DNA of 64,000 nt from a bacterium HR35 (GTDB taxonomy: Bacteria > Patescibacteriota > Minisyncoccia > UBA6257 > HR35): the NCBI GenBank assembly GCA_002898235.1, contig BEIL01000004.1, positions 499 through 64,498 on the forward strand. The letters run 5' to 3'. Position 1 is the first letter of the stretch. The number at the start of each line of letters is the position of its first letter. A program made the translations under genes and the position numbers. The notes beneath the pieces are model-generated. The model saw only the letters and a list, made by a program, of their open reading frames with translations, was not told the origin of the DNA and ran no database searches. Shown here piece by piece: positions 42,019-51,837 of the stretch.

Positions 42019-43414
42019 TTTAATGAATTTTAAAAATTTAACCATCCAGGAGTTCAAAAATTTAGTTTTAAACAATAATCCTTTTGATGTTTATGAAAAA
42101 TATTTTGAATTTTTAAGAGAGGAAGATGTTGATTTAAAATCTTTTCTTTTTTTTACTGAAGATTTAGCTTTTAAACTCTTAGAAGAACTAAAAAACAAAG
42201 ATAAAGAATTGCCTTTGTGGGGAGTGCCTTTAGCTGTTAAAGATAATATTTTAGTGAAGGGAGAAAGATGTACTGCAGGTTCAAAAATCTTAGAAAATTA
42301 TCTTGCTGTTTATGATGCTACTGTTATTGAAAAATTAAAGGAAGCTGGAGCTATTATTATTGGTAAAACTAATCTTGATGAATTTGCTATGGGCTCTTCA
42401 ACTGAAAATTCAGCTTATTTTCCTACTTTAAATCCTTTTGATCATACTCGAGTTCCTGGAGGTTCTTCTGGTGGTTCAGCAGCAGCTGTTGGTGGTGGAT
42501 TGGTTCCAATTGCCTTAGGCTCTGATACTGGTGGTTCGATTAGACAACCTGCAGGCTTTTGCGGTGTTTATGGTTTAAAACCAACTTATTCAGCTGTTTC
42601 TCGATACGGTTTAATAGCTATGGCTTCTTCTCTTGATGTGATTGGACCTTTTGCTCGAAAATTAGAAGACATAGAATTAATCTTTAAGATAATTAGAGGA
42701 AGAGATGAAAAAGATAGCACTACTCAAAATTATCAGCCAAAAATTAAAGAGGTTAAAAAAATTGGAGTTCCTCAAGAAGTTTTCGAGATGGGAGTAGATG
42801 AAAGAATCAAAAATCTTTTAGAAAAATTTTTAGATAATTTAAAAATTAATTATGAAATTAAAAAAATTTCTCTTCCTTCTCTTCCTTATGCTTTACCTAC
42901 TTATTATATAGTAATGACAGCTGAAGTAAGCTCCAATTTGGCTCGTTATGATGGAATTAGATATGGTTTTTCTTATAAAACACAAGATTTATGGGAAAAA
43001 TATTTTAAATCAAGAGAATATGGATTAGGCGATGAAGTTAAAAGAAGAATTCTTTTAGGTACTTTTGTTTTATCTTATGGTTATTATGATGCTTATTATA
43101 AACAAGCTTTAAAGGCTCGTCGTTTTATCTTTGAAGATTTTCAAAAAGCTTTTAATGAAGTTGATTTAATCTTAATGCCTACTTCACCAACTTTACCTTT
43201 TAAATTAGGAGAAAAAACCGAAGATCCTTTAGCGATGTATCTTTCTGATATCTTTACTGTACCTATTAATTTAGCTTATTTACCAGCCCTTTCTTTTAAT
43301 TTGGGCTTTGTCGAAGAAGAAGGTAAAAAGCTGCCTGTTGGCGTTCAACTTGTTGCTAACCTTTTTGAGGAAGAAACTATTTTCAACTTTTTAAGAAAAA
43401 TAGGCTTTGAATAA
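42005..43414 (+). CDS. gatA: Glutamyl-tRNA(Gln) amidotransferase subunit A
   Basis: 469 aa with the amidase signature GGSSGGSAAAVGGG and GSDTGGSIRQPA. Confidence 0.9.
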   Translation: MFIINLMNFKNLTIQEFKNLVLNNNPFDVYEKYFEFLREEDVDLKSFLFFTEDLAFKLLEELKNKDKELPLWGVPLAVKDNILVKGERCTAGSKILENYLAVYDATVIEKLKEAGAIIIGKTNLDEFAMGSSTENSAYFPTLNPFDHTRVPGGSSGGSAAAVGGGLVPIALGSDTGGSIRQPAGFCGVYGLKPTYSAVSRYGLIAMASSLDVIGPFARKLEDIELIFKIIRGRDEKDSTTQNYQPKIKEVKKIGVPQEVFEMGVDERIKNLLEKFLDNLKINYEIKKISLPSLPYALPTYYIVMTAEVSSNLARYDGIRYGFSYKTQDLWEKYFKSREYGLGDEVKRRILLGTFVLSYGYYDAYYKQALKARRFIFEDFQKAFNEVDLILMPTSPTLPFKLGEKTEDPLAMYLSDIFTVPINLAYLPALSFNLGFVEEEGKKLPVGVQLVANLFEEETIFNFLRKIGFE

Positions 43415-43950
43415 TGTTAATTGAAGAAACAGTTTTTAAATTTTTTTTAGACAATTTTTCAACAATTAAAGCTATTATCTTTTTTGCCTCTTTGATTTAT
43501 TCTTTAAATCTTCTTCTATTTTGGCTTTATTTAGAAATCAAAAATCAAGATGAGATTGGTTTTTGGATTGGTTTGTTTGAAATAATTAAATATTATCGCC
43601 GAGTTAAAGATAAAAAATTAAATTATGAAGAAGTAAAAAAGGTTTATTTAGAAAATCATTTTAATGGTTTGATAGCTTTAAAAAAATTTTTTTTAGAAGT
43701 TATTGAAATTTTCGGTTTTCAAGGAAAAGATGTTGAAGAAAAAATAAAAAATATTCCTAATGAAGACCTTCCTAATAAAGAAGATGTTCTTAAGGCTATT
43801 AAAATAATTAGTTTATTAGAAAAACAACCGAGGAGTGATTTAAAGGAAGAAGAAATAGAACTTATTTATTCAACTTTAGAAAAAGCTCTTTATTATTTAA
43901 ATGTTATTGAGAAAGAAGATTTTCTGGTAACTTCCCGAGTTTTACTCTAA
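43414..43950 (+). CDS. Hypothetical protein with an N-terminal TM segment
   Basis: 178 aa. It is translationally coupled to gatA (ATG overlaps the TAA). Confidence 0.35.
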   Translation: MLIEETVFKFFLDNFSTIKAIIFFASLIYSLNLLLFWLYLEIKNQDEIGFWIGLFEIIKYYRRVKDKKLNYEEVKKVYLENHFNGLIALKKFFLEVIEIFGFQGKDVEEKIKNIPNEDLPNKEDVLKAIKIISLLEKQPRSDLKEEEIELIYSTLEKALYYLNVIEKEDFLVTSRVLL

Positions 43951-45214
43951 TTTCTAAAATTTTTCCTTGACGCCAGACTTTTAAATTAACTACTTGACCA
44001 ACTTTTTTCTTTCTTATTATTTGAGCTAAAGTATTTTGAGTTGTTATTTTCTCACCATCAACCTCTAAAATAATATCTCCCTCTTGAAGTCCTGATTGTT
44101 CAGCTGGAGAATTAGGAATTATTGCTTTTTCTGATTTAAGTTCGGTATAAATATAAGCTCCATAATCAAATGGCAAATTGAATTTTTCTTTAACTTTATC
44201 ATCAATTAAAAGGTATTTTATTCCTAAAAAGGGTATTTCAATTTTTCCTTGTGTTTGCCAATCTTCAATCATTCTTTTAGCTCGATTAATTGGAATAGCA
44301 AAACCAATATTCTGAGCTCCAGAAACAATAGCGGTATTAATGCCAACAACTTCTCCATAGATATTAATCAAAGGACCACCAGAATTACCATAATTAATAG
44401 CTGCGTCTGTTTGAATTAAACCTTCTAATCTTTCTACTTTACCAGAAGAATCAGAAGCTACTATATTTCTTTTAAGACCAGAAATTACTCCAAAACTAAC
44501 AGTATTTTGAAATTCCCCTAAAGCATTACCAATAGCAATAACAAATTGTCCAATTTGTAAATTATCTGAATCACCTAATCTTAAAGTTGGTAAATTTTGA
44601 GCATCAATTTTAATCAAAGCAATATCATCAATCGGATGTTTAACTAAAACTCGAGCTTTAAATTTTCTGCCATCATTCAAATAAACTGTATATTCGGCTT
44701 TCTCGTCATCAACGACATGTTTATTAGTTAAAATTAAACCATCGCTGGAAATTATAAAACCAGTACCTCCACCGATTTCTTGCTTTTGATAACCTTTAGT
44801 TCGATACTGAGGAACTTCAAATTCAAATTTAAAAAATGGCTCTAATTCTGGAGGTAAATCGAATTCCTTAAATGGATTGGAATAATATTCTTCAATAATT
44901 GGGACATATTTACTAATAACAATGCTAACTACAGCGGGTGATGCTTTTTTAACTATATCGGTTATTTCTGATTCTAAATAAGGTAAAAGGAGTAAACTAG
45001 AGGTTCTTTGAGAAAAAGATGATGGTTTTAAAAATTGAGGAGAGGTTGAGGTTTGAAAACTGCTAGTCGGAGAGGATTTAAAAAAATTTAAAAAGTTTTC
45101 AAAAATATCATTAACTTGAGAAAGAAAATTTTGACTACTAAAAGTAAAAGAAAAGGCAAAAAATCCAAAAATAAATAATAAAAGTGGAATTAATAATTTT
45201 TTTCTCATTGCCAT
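43904..45214 (-). CDS. htrA: HtrA/DegP-family serine protease with a PDZ domain
   Basis: 436 aa. It has a signal anchor, the catalytic triad region (...HVV..., D, GNSGGPL), and a C-terminal PDZ domain. Confidence 0.8.
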   Translation of the reverse strand: MAMRKKLLIPLLLFIFGFFAFSFTFSSQNFLSQVNDIFENFLNFFKSSPTSSFQTSTSPQFLKPSSFSQRTSSLLLLPYLESEITDIVKKASPAVVSIVISKYVPIIEEYYSNPFKEFDLPPELEPFFKFEFEVPQYRTKGYQKQEIGGGTGFIISSDGLILTNKHVVDDEKAEYTVYLNDGRKFKARVLVKHPIDDIALIKIDAQNLPTLRLGDSDNLQIGQFVIAIGNALGEFQNTVSFGVISGLKRNIVASDSSGKVERLEGLIQTDAAINYGNSGGPLINIYGEVVGINTAIVSGAQNIGFAIPINRAKRMIEDWQTQGKIEIPFLGIKYLLIDDKVKEKFNLPFDYGAYIYTELKSEKAIIPNSPAEQSGLQEGDIILEVDGEKITTQNTLAQIIRKKKVGQVVNLKVWRQGKILEIRVKLGKLPENLLSQ

Positions 45215-45225
45215 TTTTTATTATA

Positions 45226-46386
45226 TCACAAAATTTTTTTGAGAAGACTAACTAAATAATCAATATCTTCAAAATTTGTTTCTAATCCGAAAGAAAAGCG
45301 AAGACTTCTTTTAGCTCTTTCTTTGCTTTTAAAAACTTCAGCTACCATATAGCTTGGCTCAGCTGATCTTGATTTGCAAGCTGTTCCTGGAGAAACATAA
45401 ACCCCATTTAAATCAAGATAAAGAAAAATTTCTTCAGCTGTTTTTGAAGGAAAATAAAGATTAAGAATTTTAGGCGAAGAATTTTCTAAATTAGTATTAA
45501 CTTCAAAAGTTATCTTTTCTTCTTGTAATCTTTTAAGAAAGTAATCTCGAATTTCTATAAAATGATTTTTATTTTTTTCTCTTTCTTGATAAGCTAACTC
45601 AAAGGCTTTTGCAAAACCAACAATTAAAGGAACAGCTTCAGTTCCTCCTCGAAGGTCAAATTCGTGGCCTGAACCAGAAATTAGCCTCAAAAGTGGTGTG
45701 CCTAATTTTAAATAAAGAGCAGCTATTCCTTTTGGTCCATAAATTTTATGAGAAGAAAGGGTCATTAAATCACATTTTAATTTTTTAACATCTAATTCTT
45801 CGGTTAAACCCGCTTGAGCAGCATCAAGATGATAAAAAATTTTCCTTTCTCTCTGTTTATTAATTTTTTCAAGTAGATTACCGATTTCTTCTACTTTTTG
45901 TCTATTACCCAATTCGCTATTAATATAGTGAAGACTAACTAAAACCGTATTTTCCTTAAGATTTTCAATTATTGATTGAGGATTGATTAAACCATTTTTT
46001 TCGGGAGCAAGATAAATAACTTCTGCTATTTCTAAATTTTCTAAATCAGCTAAAGGGTCAAGAACTGATGGATGCTCAATGGAAGAAGTGATTATCTGAA
46101 CCTTCTTATAATTAGCTTTAAAGTAAAAATAAAAAACTAGGCCTTTCAAAGCATAATTATTGGCTTCCGTTGAAGAAGCTGTAAAGATAATTTCGCGAAA
46201 ATCATCAGCATTTAAAATTTCTTTTATTTTATTTCGAGCTTCGTCAACTGCTTTCAAAGCTTTTTGTCCAAAAGAATGTAGGCTAACAGGATTAGCAAAG
46301 ATTTCTTGAAAATAAACTTCCATTGCCTCTCGAGCTTCCTTTCTTAAAGGAGTGGTGGCAGCGTAATCTAAATAAACCTCTCTCAT
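45226..46386 (-). CDS. Cysteine desulfurase (class V aminotransferase, IscS/NifS-like)
   Basis: 386 aa. It has the PLP lysine region SSHKIYGPKGIAALY and the C-terminal motif GTACKSRSAEPSYM with the active Cys. Confidence 0.8.
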   Translation of the reverse strand: MREVYLDYAATTPLRKEAREAMEVYFQEIFANPVSLHSFGQKALKAVDEARNKIKEILNADDFREIIFTASSTEANNYALKGLVFYFYFKANYKKVQIITSSIEHPSVLDPLADLENLEIAEVIYLAPEKNGLINPQSIIENLKENTVLVSLHYINSELGNRQKVEEIGNLLEKINKQRERKIFYHLDAAQAGLTEELDVKKLKCDLMTLSSHKIYGPKGIAALYLKLGTPLLRLISGSGHEFDLRGGTEAVPLIVGFAKAFELAYQEREKNKNHFIEIRDYFLKRLQEEKITFEVNTNLENSSPKILNLYFPSKTAEEIFLYLDLNGVYVSPGTACKSRSAEPSYMVAEVFKSKERAKRSLRFSFGLETNFEDIDYLVSLLKKIL

Positions 46387-46387
46387 T

Positions 46388-47560
46388 TTAAAATGGTAAT
46401 AAATTGCTAAAAAATCTTTTTAAGCTTGAAAGAATTTCTTTAAAAGTATCTTCTTTTTCACTATATTTTACCAAAAACAAAGTATTTCCCCAAGCATTTA
46501 AATAAATCAGATCTTCTTCTTTTAATTCTTTTTTTAAATCAACAGCTTTTTTAACCGGGGTTTTTAAAATTTTTCTTAAACTTATTTCTATTTCTGGGAA
46601 AAAAGAAATACCTCCTAAAAGATAAATGCCTCCTAATATTGGTCCTTGATGCTTTAGTTTGTCAATGGTTTCTATTAATCCGTGTTTTCTAAAAAGAAAA
46701 TTAATTTTTTTCTCTAAAAGTTTTTTCCAAGATTGATAAGAAATTTTGTTTTTTCCTAATTTAAAATTTTTCTTCTGATTAACATCTTTCAAATTTTTTA
46801 AAAAGCTAAAAAGTTCTTCTGGATTAAGATTATATTCATTTAAAAAATCACTTAAGATATTTTCTAAACCAAAGGGAAAAACTTGAAAGTGATTTATAGC
46901 TCCTTGATAAAAGTAAACTAAACTAACTGTTTGAAATCCAAAATCTATTAAAACCGAACCTTCTTCTTTGTTTTTTTGATCAAGAACGCTTAAAGATGCT
47001 CCGAGAGGATTAGGTAAAAAAACTTCGATTGAGATTTTATTATCTTTAAAAATCTCTAAAAGTTTAAGAAAAAAACCTTTAAAAACTTGAATAACTCCAA
47101 GTTCAACTTCTAAATACCGAGCTTCTAATCCTAAAGGATTTCTAACAGGAGTATTTGAGCCATCAAGATAAAATTTACTTGCTTCTTCGTAAATTATTTC
47201 TTGAGATGAAGAAATTAAGGAAGTTTTTCCTAATTGCTTACATTTTTTAATATCATTTTCTTCAACATATCTACTATCAACTAAAGATTTTGGTCTTATT
47301 TTTTGAAAAGTAAAAGTTGAAGAAGAAAAAGAAAGACAAATTCTATTTTTTTTACTTTTAAAGTTTTCCAAAAAATCAACTAAAAAATTAATTACTTCGT
47401 TTAAAAAGTCATCTTCGCTAATTATTTCTCCATTGCGAAAAGAGGAGATTTCTTTATTAAGAGTGGTTAAAATTTTAACTTCGCCTAGTTGATCGCTTTC
47501 TGCTAAACATAATTTTAGAAGTTTACTCCCTAAATCAATTCCTAAAATTCTTTCATTCAT
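46388..47560 (-). CDS. Actin-like ASKHA ATPase (FtsA/PilM-like)
   Basis: 390 aa. ILGIDLGSKLLKLCLAE is a phosphate-1 motif, and the C-terminal IYLLGGISFFPEI is a phosphate-2/adenosine motif. Confidence 0.4.
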   Translation of the reverse strand: MNERILGIDLGSKLLKLCLAESDQLGEVKILTTLNKEISSFRNGEIISEDDFLNEVINFLVDFLENFKSKKNRICLSFSSSTFTFQKIRPKSLVDSRYVEENDIKKCKQLGKTSLISSSQEIIYEEASKFYLDGSNTPVRNPLGLEARYLEVELGVIQVFKGFFLKLLEIFKDNKISIEVFLPNPLGASLSVLDQKNKEEGSVLIDFGFQTVSLVYFYQGAINHFQVFPFGLENILSDFLNEYNLNPEELFSFLKNLKDVNQKKNFKLGKNKISYQSWKKLLEKKINFLFRKHGLIETIDKLKHQGPILGGIYLLGGISFFPEIEISLRKILKTPVKKAVDLKKELKEEDLIYLNAWGNTLFLVKYSEKEDTFKEILSSLKRFFSNLLPF

Positions 47561-47841
47561 TAATCTTCTCTACCTGAATATTTAATGTAATTAATATATC
47601 TTTTCCCTAATTCGTAGGCTTTACTAAAAGGCATTCCTTCTTTTATTTTTTGTTTAATAAAACTAGATAGTTTTAATCGATAAAGACGAGCTTCCCATTT
47701 TCTTCTTTCGTTTGGTTTTCGCTGACGATACATTTTTTCTTTGATTTCTAAAGCTAAGCCACTTTTAGCATATCGATTAAGAAATCTTTTTAAAAATTGG
47801 CTTAAAGATTCGCCTTCTTTTCTTTTAGCTTTAACTCTCAT
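47560..47841 (-). CDS. rpsU: 30S ribosomal protein S21
   Basis: 93-aa basic protein. VKAKRKEGESLSQFLKRFLNRYAKSGLALEIKEKMYRQRKPNERRK follows the bS21 pattern. Confidence 0.5.
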   Translation of the reverse strand: MRVKAKRKEGESLSQFLKRFLNRYAKSGLALEIKEKMYRQRKPNERRKWEARLYRLKLSSFIKQKIKEGMPFSKAYELGKRYINYIKYSGRED

Positions 47842-48253
47842 TTTTAACTTTCAAGATTTTTTGATAAATTGCCGACAAGTCTTCTTCGGGTTTATTATAA
47901 ACAACTGAATGAATAGAACCGCCTTTATCATTAGGAAAACGAGGAAGAAAATGAATATGAAGATGGTCGATTGTTTGACCAGCTAAACTTCCTTGATTAA
48001 TTCCAATGGTGAAATGTTCTGTTTTAAAAGCTTTACTTAAAAGAAAAGCAGTTTTTTTAGCAATTTTAACAAATTCCTCCCCTAAGTTTTCTGGTAATTC
48101 AGATAAATTTTTAAAATGATTTTTAGGAATAAGCAAAGTATGACCAGGAGCATGGGGATGAATATCTAAAAAAGCTAAAAAATTTTCTGACTCTTCAATA
48201 ATATAACTTTCAATTTGTCTCGTAGCTATTTTACAAAAAACACAATCAGACAT
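47831..48253 (-). CDS. HIT-family nucleotide hydrolase
   Basis: 140 aa with the histidine triad HLHIHFLPR. Confidence 0.8.
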   Translation of the reverse strand: MSDCVFCKIATRQIESYIIEESENFLAFLDIHPHAPGHTLLIPKNHFKNLSELPENLGEEFVKIAKKTAFLLSKAFKTEHFTIGINQGSLAGQTIDHLHIHFLPRFPNDKGGSIHSVVYNKPEEDLSAIYQKILKVKNES

Positions 48254-49523
48254 TTTGAGAGGTTAATCTATTTTTAATTTCATTGACCAATTTAGAAATA
48301 GAAATGGTTTCTTGAGCTCCACTTTCAAAATCTTTTAAAATAACTGAATTTTTACTTAATTCTTCAAAAGCAACAATTACTACATATTTTACACCAATTT
48401 TATTAGCATATTCAAGCTGTTGGCTTAAGGATTGTTTAAAAAAATTAAAGCTGACATTCAAACCTTCATTTCTTAAGTTTTCAATAATTTGAAAAGCTCT
48501 TATCTTAAGTTCTTCACCTACATAAGCAACAAAAACATCTGGTTTGGGGGAATATTTAAGCTCAATCCCTTTTTCTTCTAAAATTAGTTTTAATCTTTCA
48601 AGGCCTAAAGCTAAGCCAACAGCTGGAGTTGGAGTATTAACCCAAATTTTTCCCAAATCGTATCTCCCGCCACCACCTAAAGCTAAATTATCTTCTTGCA
48701 GAAAATATTCAAAAACAGTCCTTTCATAATAGTCAAAACCTCTAACTAGGGTGTAATCAAGTTCATAGTTAATTTCGCTTTTATCCAAATAAGAAATTAT
48801 CTCTTGAAAATGAAGAGAACAAAATTTGCAAAGAGAATCTAAAATATTAGGAGCATTTTTCTTGTATGGCTGACAAATAGCATTTTTACAATCAAGCAGT
48901 CTTAAAGGATTTTCTTTTAATCTTCTCTGACAGTCATGGCAAATTTTATTTTTATATCTTCGATAATAGGAAGTTAATTTTTTCTTATATTTAGGTCGGC
49001 ATTTCTCGCAACCTAAACTATTTAACTTAACTTTAATCTCGCTAAAGTTTAAAATTTCCTTTAAGAATTTATAACCCGTAAAAATAATATAAAAATCAGC
49101 AAAAGAATTTTCCGAACCAACAATTTCTAATCCCCATTGAGTAAATTCTCTTAATCTTCCTCTTTGAGGATTTTCTTTGCGATACATTTTTCCAATATAA
49201 AAGAAAAGGAGAGGTTGAGGTTCTGAATAAAGGCCTTCTTCTAAATAAACTCTCATTATTGGCGCTGTATTTTCTGGTCTTAAAACATATTTTTCTTTTT
49301 TCTCATCAGTTTTGAGATAAAACATTTCTTTTTCAACTACATCCGAAGTCTGCCCTAAACTTGTTGTAAAAACTTTTTCGTTTTCTACTAAAGGCGTTTC
49401 GATATATTTAAATCCATATTTGACAGAAAAGTCATAAAGCAAATCATAAAGCTTTAAATAAAATTCAGCATCATTACCAAAATTATCTTTCATTCCCTTT
49501 GGTTTAGTAAAAGGGAGTTTCAT
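48246..49523 (-). CDS. hisS: Histidyl-tRNA synthetase
   Basis: 425 aa with class II motifs (TAPIMRVY, the RGFDYYERTVFE motif 3 region, LGGGGRYD). The central region is unusually Cys-rich: CEKC, CHDC, CKNAIC, CKFC. Confidence 0.85.
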   Translation of the reverse strand: MKLPFTKPKGMKDNFGNDAEFYLKLYDLLYDFSVKYGFKYIETPLVENEKVFTTSLGQTSDVVEKEMFYLKTDEKKEKYVLRPENTAPIMRVYLEEGLYSEPQPLLFFYIGKMYRKENPQRGRLREFTQWGLEIVGSENSFADFYIIFTGYKFLKEILNFSEIKVKLNSLGCEKCRPKYKKKLTSYYRRYKNKICHDCQRRLKENPLRLLDCKNAICQPYKKNAPNILDSLCKFCSLHFQEIISYLDKSEINYELDYTLVRGFDYYERTVFEYFLQEDNLALGGGGRYDLGKIWVNTPTPAVGLALGLERLKLILEEKGIELKYSPKPDVFVAYVGEELKIRAFQIIENLRNEGLNVSFNFFKQSLSQQLEYANKIGVKYVVIVAFEELSKNSVILKDFESGAQETISISKLVNEIKNRLTSQNV

Positions 49524-49533
49524 TGATAAAAGC

Positions 49534-50082
49534 TTAAAAAATTAAAGGTTTAATCTCGTCAATAATTTTTTTAAAAGAAAGATGAAAAATAACTTTGCCA
49601 ATAATCCTTTCTCTTTTCACTGGTCCCCAACTTCGAGAATCAGAGCTAATTTCTCGATTATCGCCTAAAACAAAATACTCATCTTTACCTAAAGCAATAT
49701 CCTTACTTCCAGAAGTATAATGCTCTTGAAGATAAGGTTCTTTAAGCTCTTTACCTTGCGGATTTTCTGGAGAGTAAATAAAAATCTTTGAATCTTTAAT
49801 TACCACTCTTTCTCCTGGAAGACCAATAATCCTTTTAATATAATAAACTTTATTATCAAATGGTGGGTGAAAAACAACTACATCGCCTCTTTGAGGATCA
49901 GTAAAATGATAGCTTATTTTATCAACGATTAAATAATCAAAAGAATAATAATTGGGCTCCATACTGCTACCCTTAACAAAAAATGGCTCAAATAAAAAAA
50001 TTCTAATAGGCAAAAGAAAGGACAAAATTAAAATAATTTCTAAAATTTCTAAAAAATATTTCTTAGACATTACTTTTCTCAA
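49534..50082 (-). CDS. lepB: Signal peptidase I
   Basis: 182 aa with a TM anchor and the S26 boxes GSSMEPN, DVVVF, GDNR..S.DSR. Confidence 0.8.
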   Translation of the reverse strand: MRKVMSKKYFLEILEIILILSFLLPIRIFLFEPFFVKGSSMEPNYYSFDYLIVDKISYHFTDPQRGDVVVFHPPFDNKVYYIKRIIGLPGERVVIKDSKIFIYSPENPQGKELKEPYLQEHYTSGSKDIALGKDEYFVLGDNREISSDSRSWGPVKRERIIGKVIFHLSFKKIIDEIKPLIF

Positions 50083-50107
50083 AATTAATTCTTAAAATAA
50101 TTATAAC

Positions 50108-50683
50108 ATGAAAAACAAAGAGAAGATAAAAATTATTTTTGGTTTAGGTAATGAAGGTGAAGAGTTTAAAAACACTCGACATAATATTGGTAAGGAGATA
50201 ATTGATTCTTATCTAAAAGAAAAAAATGAAGCTAAAAATTCTTATTTTGGTTATTATGATGAACTAATTTTAGCTTCTAATAAAGGTTTTATGAATACGA
50301 GCGGTAAGGGAGTTAAAGAACTTTTAGAAAAATTTAAGCTTAAACCAGAAAATTTATTAGTTATCCATGATGAAGCTGATCTTTTTTTTCCTTTATTTAA
50401 AATTAGTTTTCAAACAGGCAGTGGTGGTCATAAGGGAGTTGAATCAATTTTTAAAGAAATAAAAAATAAAAATTTTTGGCGCTTAAGATTTGGCATTCAA
50501 GGCAAAAAAAGAAAAGTTGCAGCTGATTTAGTTTTAAAAAAATGGACAGCTGAAGAATTGAAAATTTTAGAATTTATTAAAAATGAATTTAAAATAATTT
50601 TAGAAAAACTCAAAACTAAATTACCTAACGAGCTTAATTTAAGCAAAGATTATTTTCTAAAAAAATATGAAAGAGATTTTTGA
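50108..50683 (+). CDS. pth: Peptidyl-tRNA hydrolase
   Basis: 191 aa. FGLGNEGEEFKNTRHNIG is the Pth N-terminal motif. Confidence 0.8.
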   Translation: MKNKEKIKIIFGLGNEGEEFKNTRHNIGKEIIDSYLKEKNEAKNSYFGYYDELILASNKGFMNTSGKGVKELLEKFKLKPENLLVIHDEADLFFPLFKISFQTGSGGHKGVESIFKEIKNKNFWRLRFGIQGKKRKVAADLVLKKWTAEELKILEFIKNEFKIILEKLKTKLPNELNLSKDYFLKKYERDF

Positions 50684-51662
50684 GAAAAAACTTTCTTCAA
50701 ATAAGGAAATCAAAAAAATTTTTGAGAGAATTTTCGAAATTGAAGAGTATCAAGTTGATTTAGTTGATCCCCGAGCTAAAGAAGTTTTTCCTCAATTTTT
50801 AAATCAAAAAATTACTATCATTCGAAACAAAATTTTAAAAACAGAAACTATTTTTAATCCTAAAAGAGGAAGAAGACACTTACCCAAGGGAGGAGAAATT
50901 TTTAGAGATGAATACGATCCCTTTTGCAATGGAGAATCAAAAACTATTGGCGATGAATTAGGCAGAATTAAAAATCAAAGCGCTGAAATTGTCGCTAATA
51001 TTTCTAAAATGGCTCCTTTTCATAGCGTTTTATTTTTTAAAAAGCACGAATTAGATGATTTAACTGAAAAGGATTTTCTTCAAGCTTTAGAATTAGCTAA
51101 TAATTGGTTTGAAAGAATAAAAGAAAAGTTTCAAACAAAAATAGGAATCCTAATTTGGAACTTTCATTATCGAGCAGGAGCAAGTATTTATCATCCGCAT
51201 TTTCAACTCCTTTCTTATTATCACCTGCCCTCAAAATTCGAAAATCTTATTTTCTTAACAGAAAACTATGAACAAGTTTATAAAACTTCTTATTTTGATG
51301 ACCTTTTTCAAGTTTTAGAATTTTTAGGATTAGCTAAAAAAGAAAAAGATTTTAAGATTTGGCTTAATCTTACGCCGGTTAAACAAAGTGAAATTAATTT
51401 TGAAGGCAGATTAGAAAAAATAAATGGAGAAATTTTTTGGTTTTATTTTCAGAAATTAAGAAGGATAGGTTTCCAAAGTTTTAATTTGCTTTCTTTAGTT
51501 TTTGCTCCTAAATTGCCTAATTTAACTTTTTTGGTTGACCGAGAAGAACCTTCAAAAATTACTAGTGATTTTGGTAGTTTAGAGGTTTTTATGAATTCAG
51601 TAGTTAGTTATAATCCTTTTGATTTAGCTGAACAAATTTTCAATAACTCGAAGTCGGCATAA
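50667..51662 (+). CDS. GalT-like HIT-superfamily nucleotidyltransferase (galactose-1-P uridylyltransferase/Ap4A phosphorylase-like)
   Basis: 331 aa with the HxHxQ motif (SIYHPHFQLL) in the second half. Confidence 0.45.
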   Translation: MKEIFEKKLSSNKEIKKIFERIFEIEEYQVDLVDPRAKEVFPQFLNQKITIIRNKILKTETIFNPKRGRRHLPKGGEIFRDEYDPFCNGESKTIGDELGRIKNQSAEIVANISKMAPFHSVLFFKKHELDDLTEKDFLQALELANNWFERIKEKFQTKIGILIWNFHYRAGASIYHPHFQLLSYYHLPSKFENLIFLTENYEQVYKTSYFDDLFQVLEFLGLAKKEKDFKIWLNLTPVKQSEINFEGRLEKINGEIFWFYFQKLRRIGFQSFNLLSLVFAPKLPNLTFLVDREEPSKITSDFGSLEVFMNSVVSYNPFDLAEQIFNNSKSA

Positions 51663-51837
51663 TTTCTTGAAAAAGAGGCTGCGGGATTTCAGAAGTAACA
51701 TAATTTTCTATTTCCTCGGTTGGGCTAAAAACTTGGGGGTATTCTTGAGCAAATCTGAAATTGAGCAAAGTAAAGAAAATAATAAAACTAATAACTATCA
51801 CTAAAATAAGTAAGCGGTTAATTTTTTCAAGATTCAT
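51640..51837 (-). CDS. Small membrane protein, possibly real and upstream of infB
   Basis: 65 aa with a central TM helix. It is tightly packed between infB and the convergent upstream gene. Confidence 0.2.
   Translation of the reverse strand: MNLEKINRLLILVIVISFIIFFTLLNFRFAQEYPQVFSPTEEIENYVTSEIPQPLFQEIMPTSSY

Noticed and set aside
48246-49523. A zinc-ribbon insertion in HisS (CEKC...CHDC...CKNAIC...CKFC)
   Set aside because: Aligning by eye to canonical HisS (LNSLG...NPLRiLD...HF...LVRGLDYY) shows that the region has normal length. It is only unusually Cys-enriched, so it is not an inserted domain. It could still bind metal but is not an architectural novelty.
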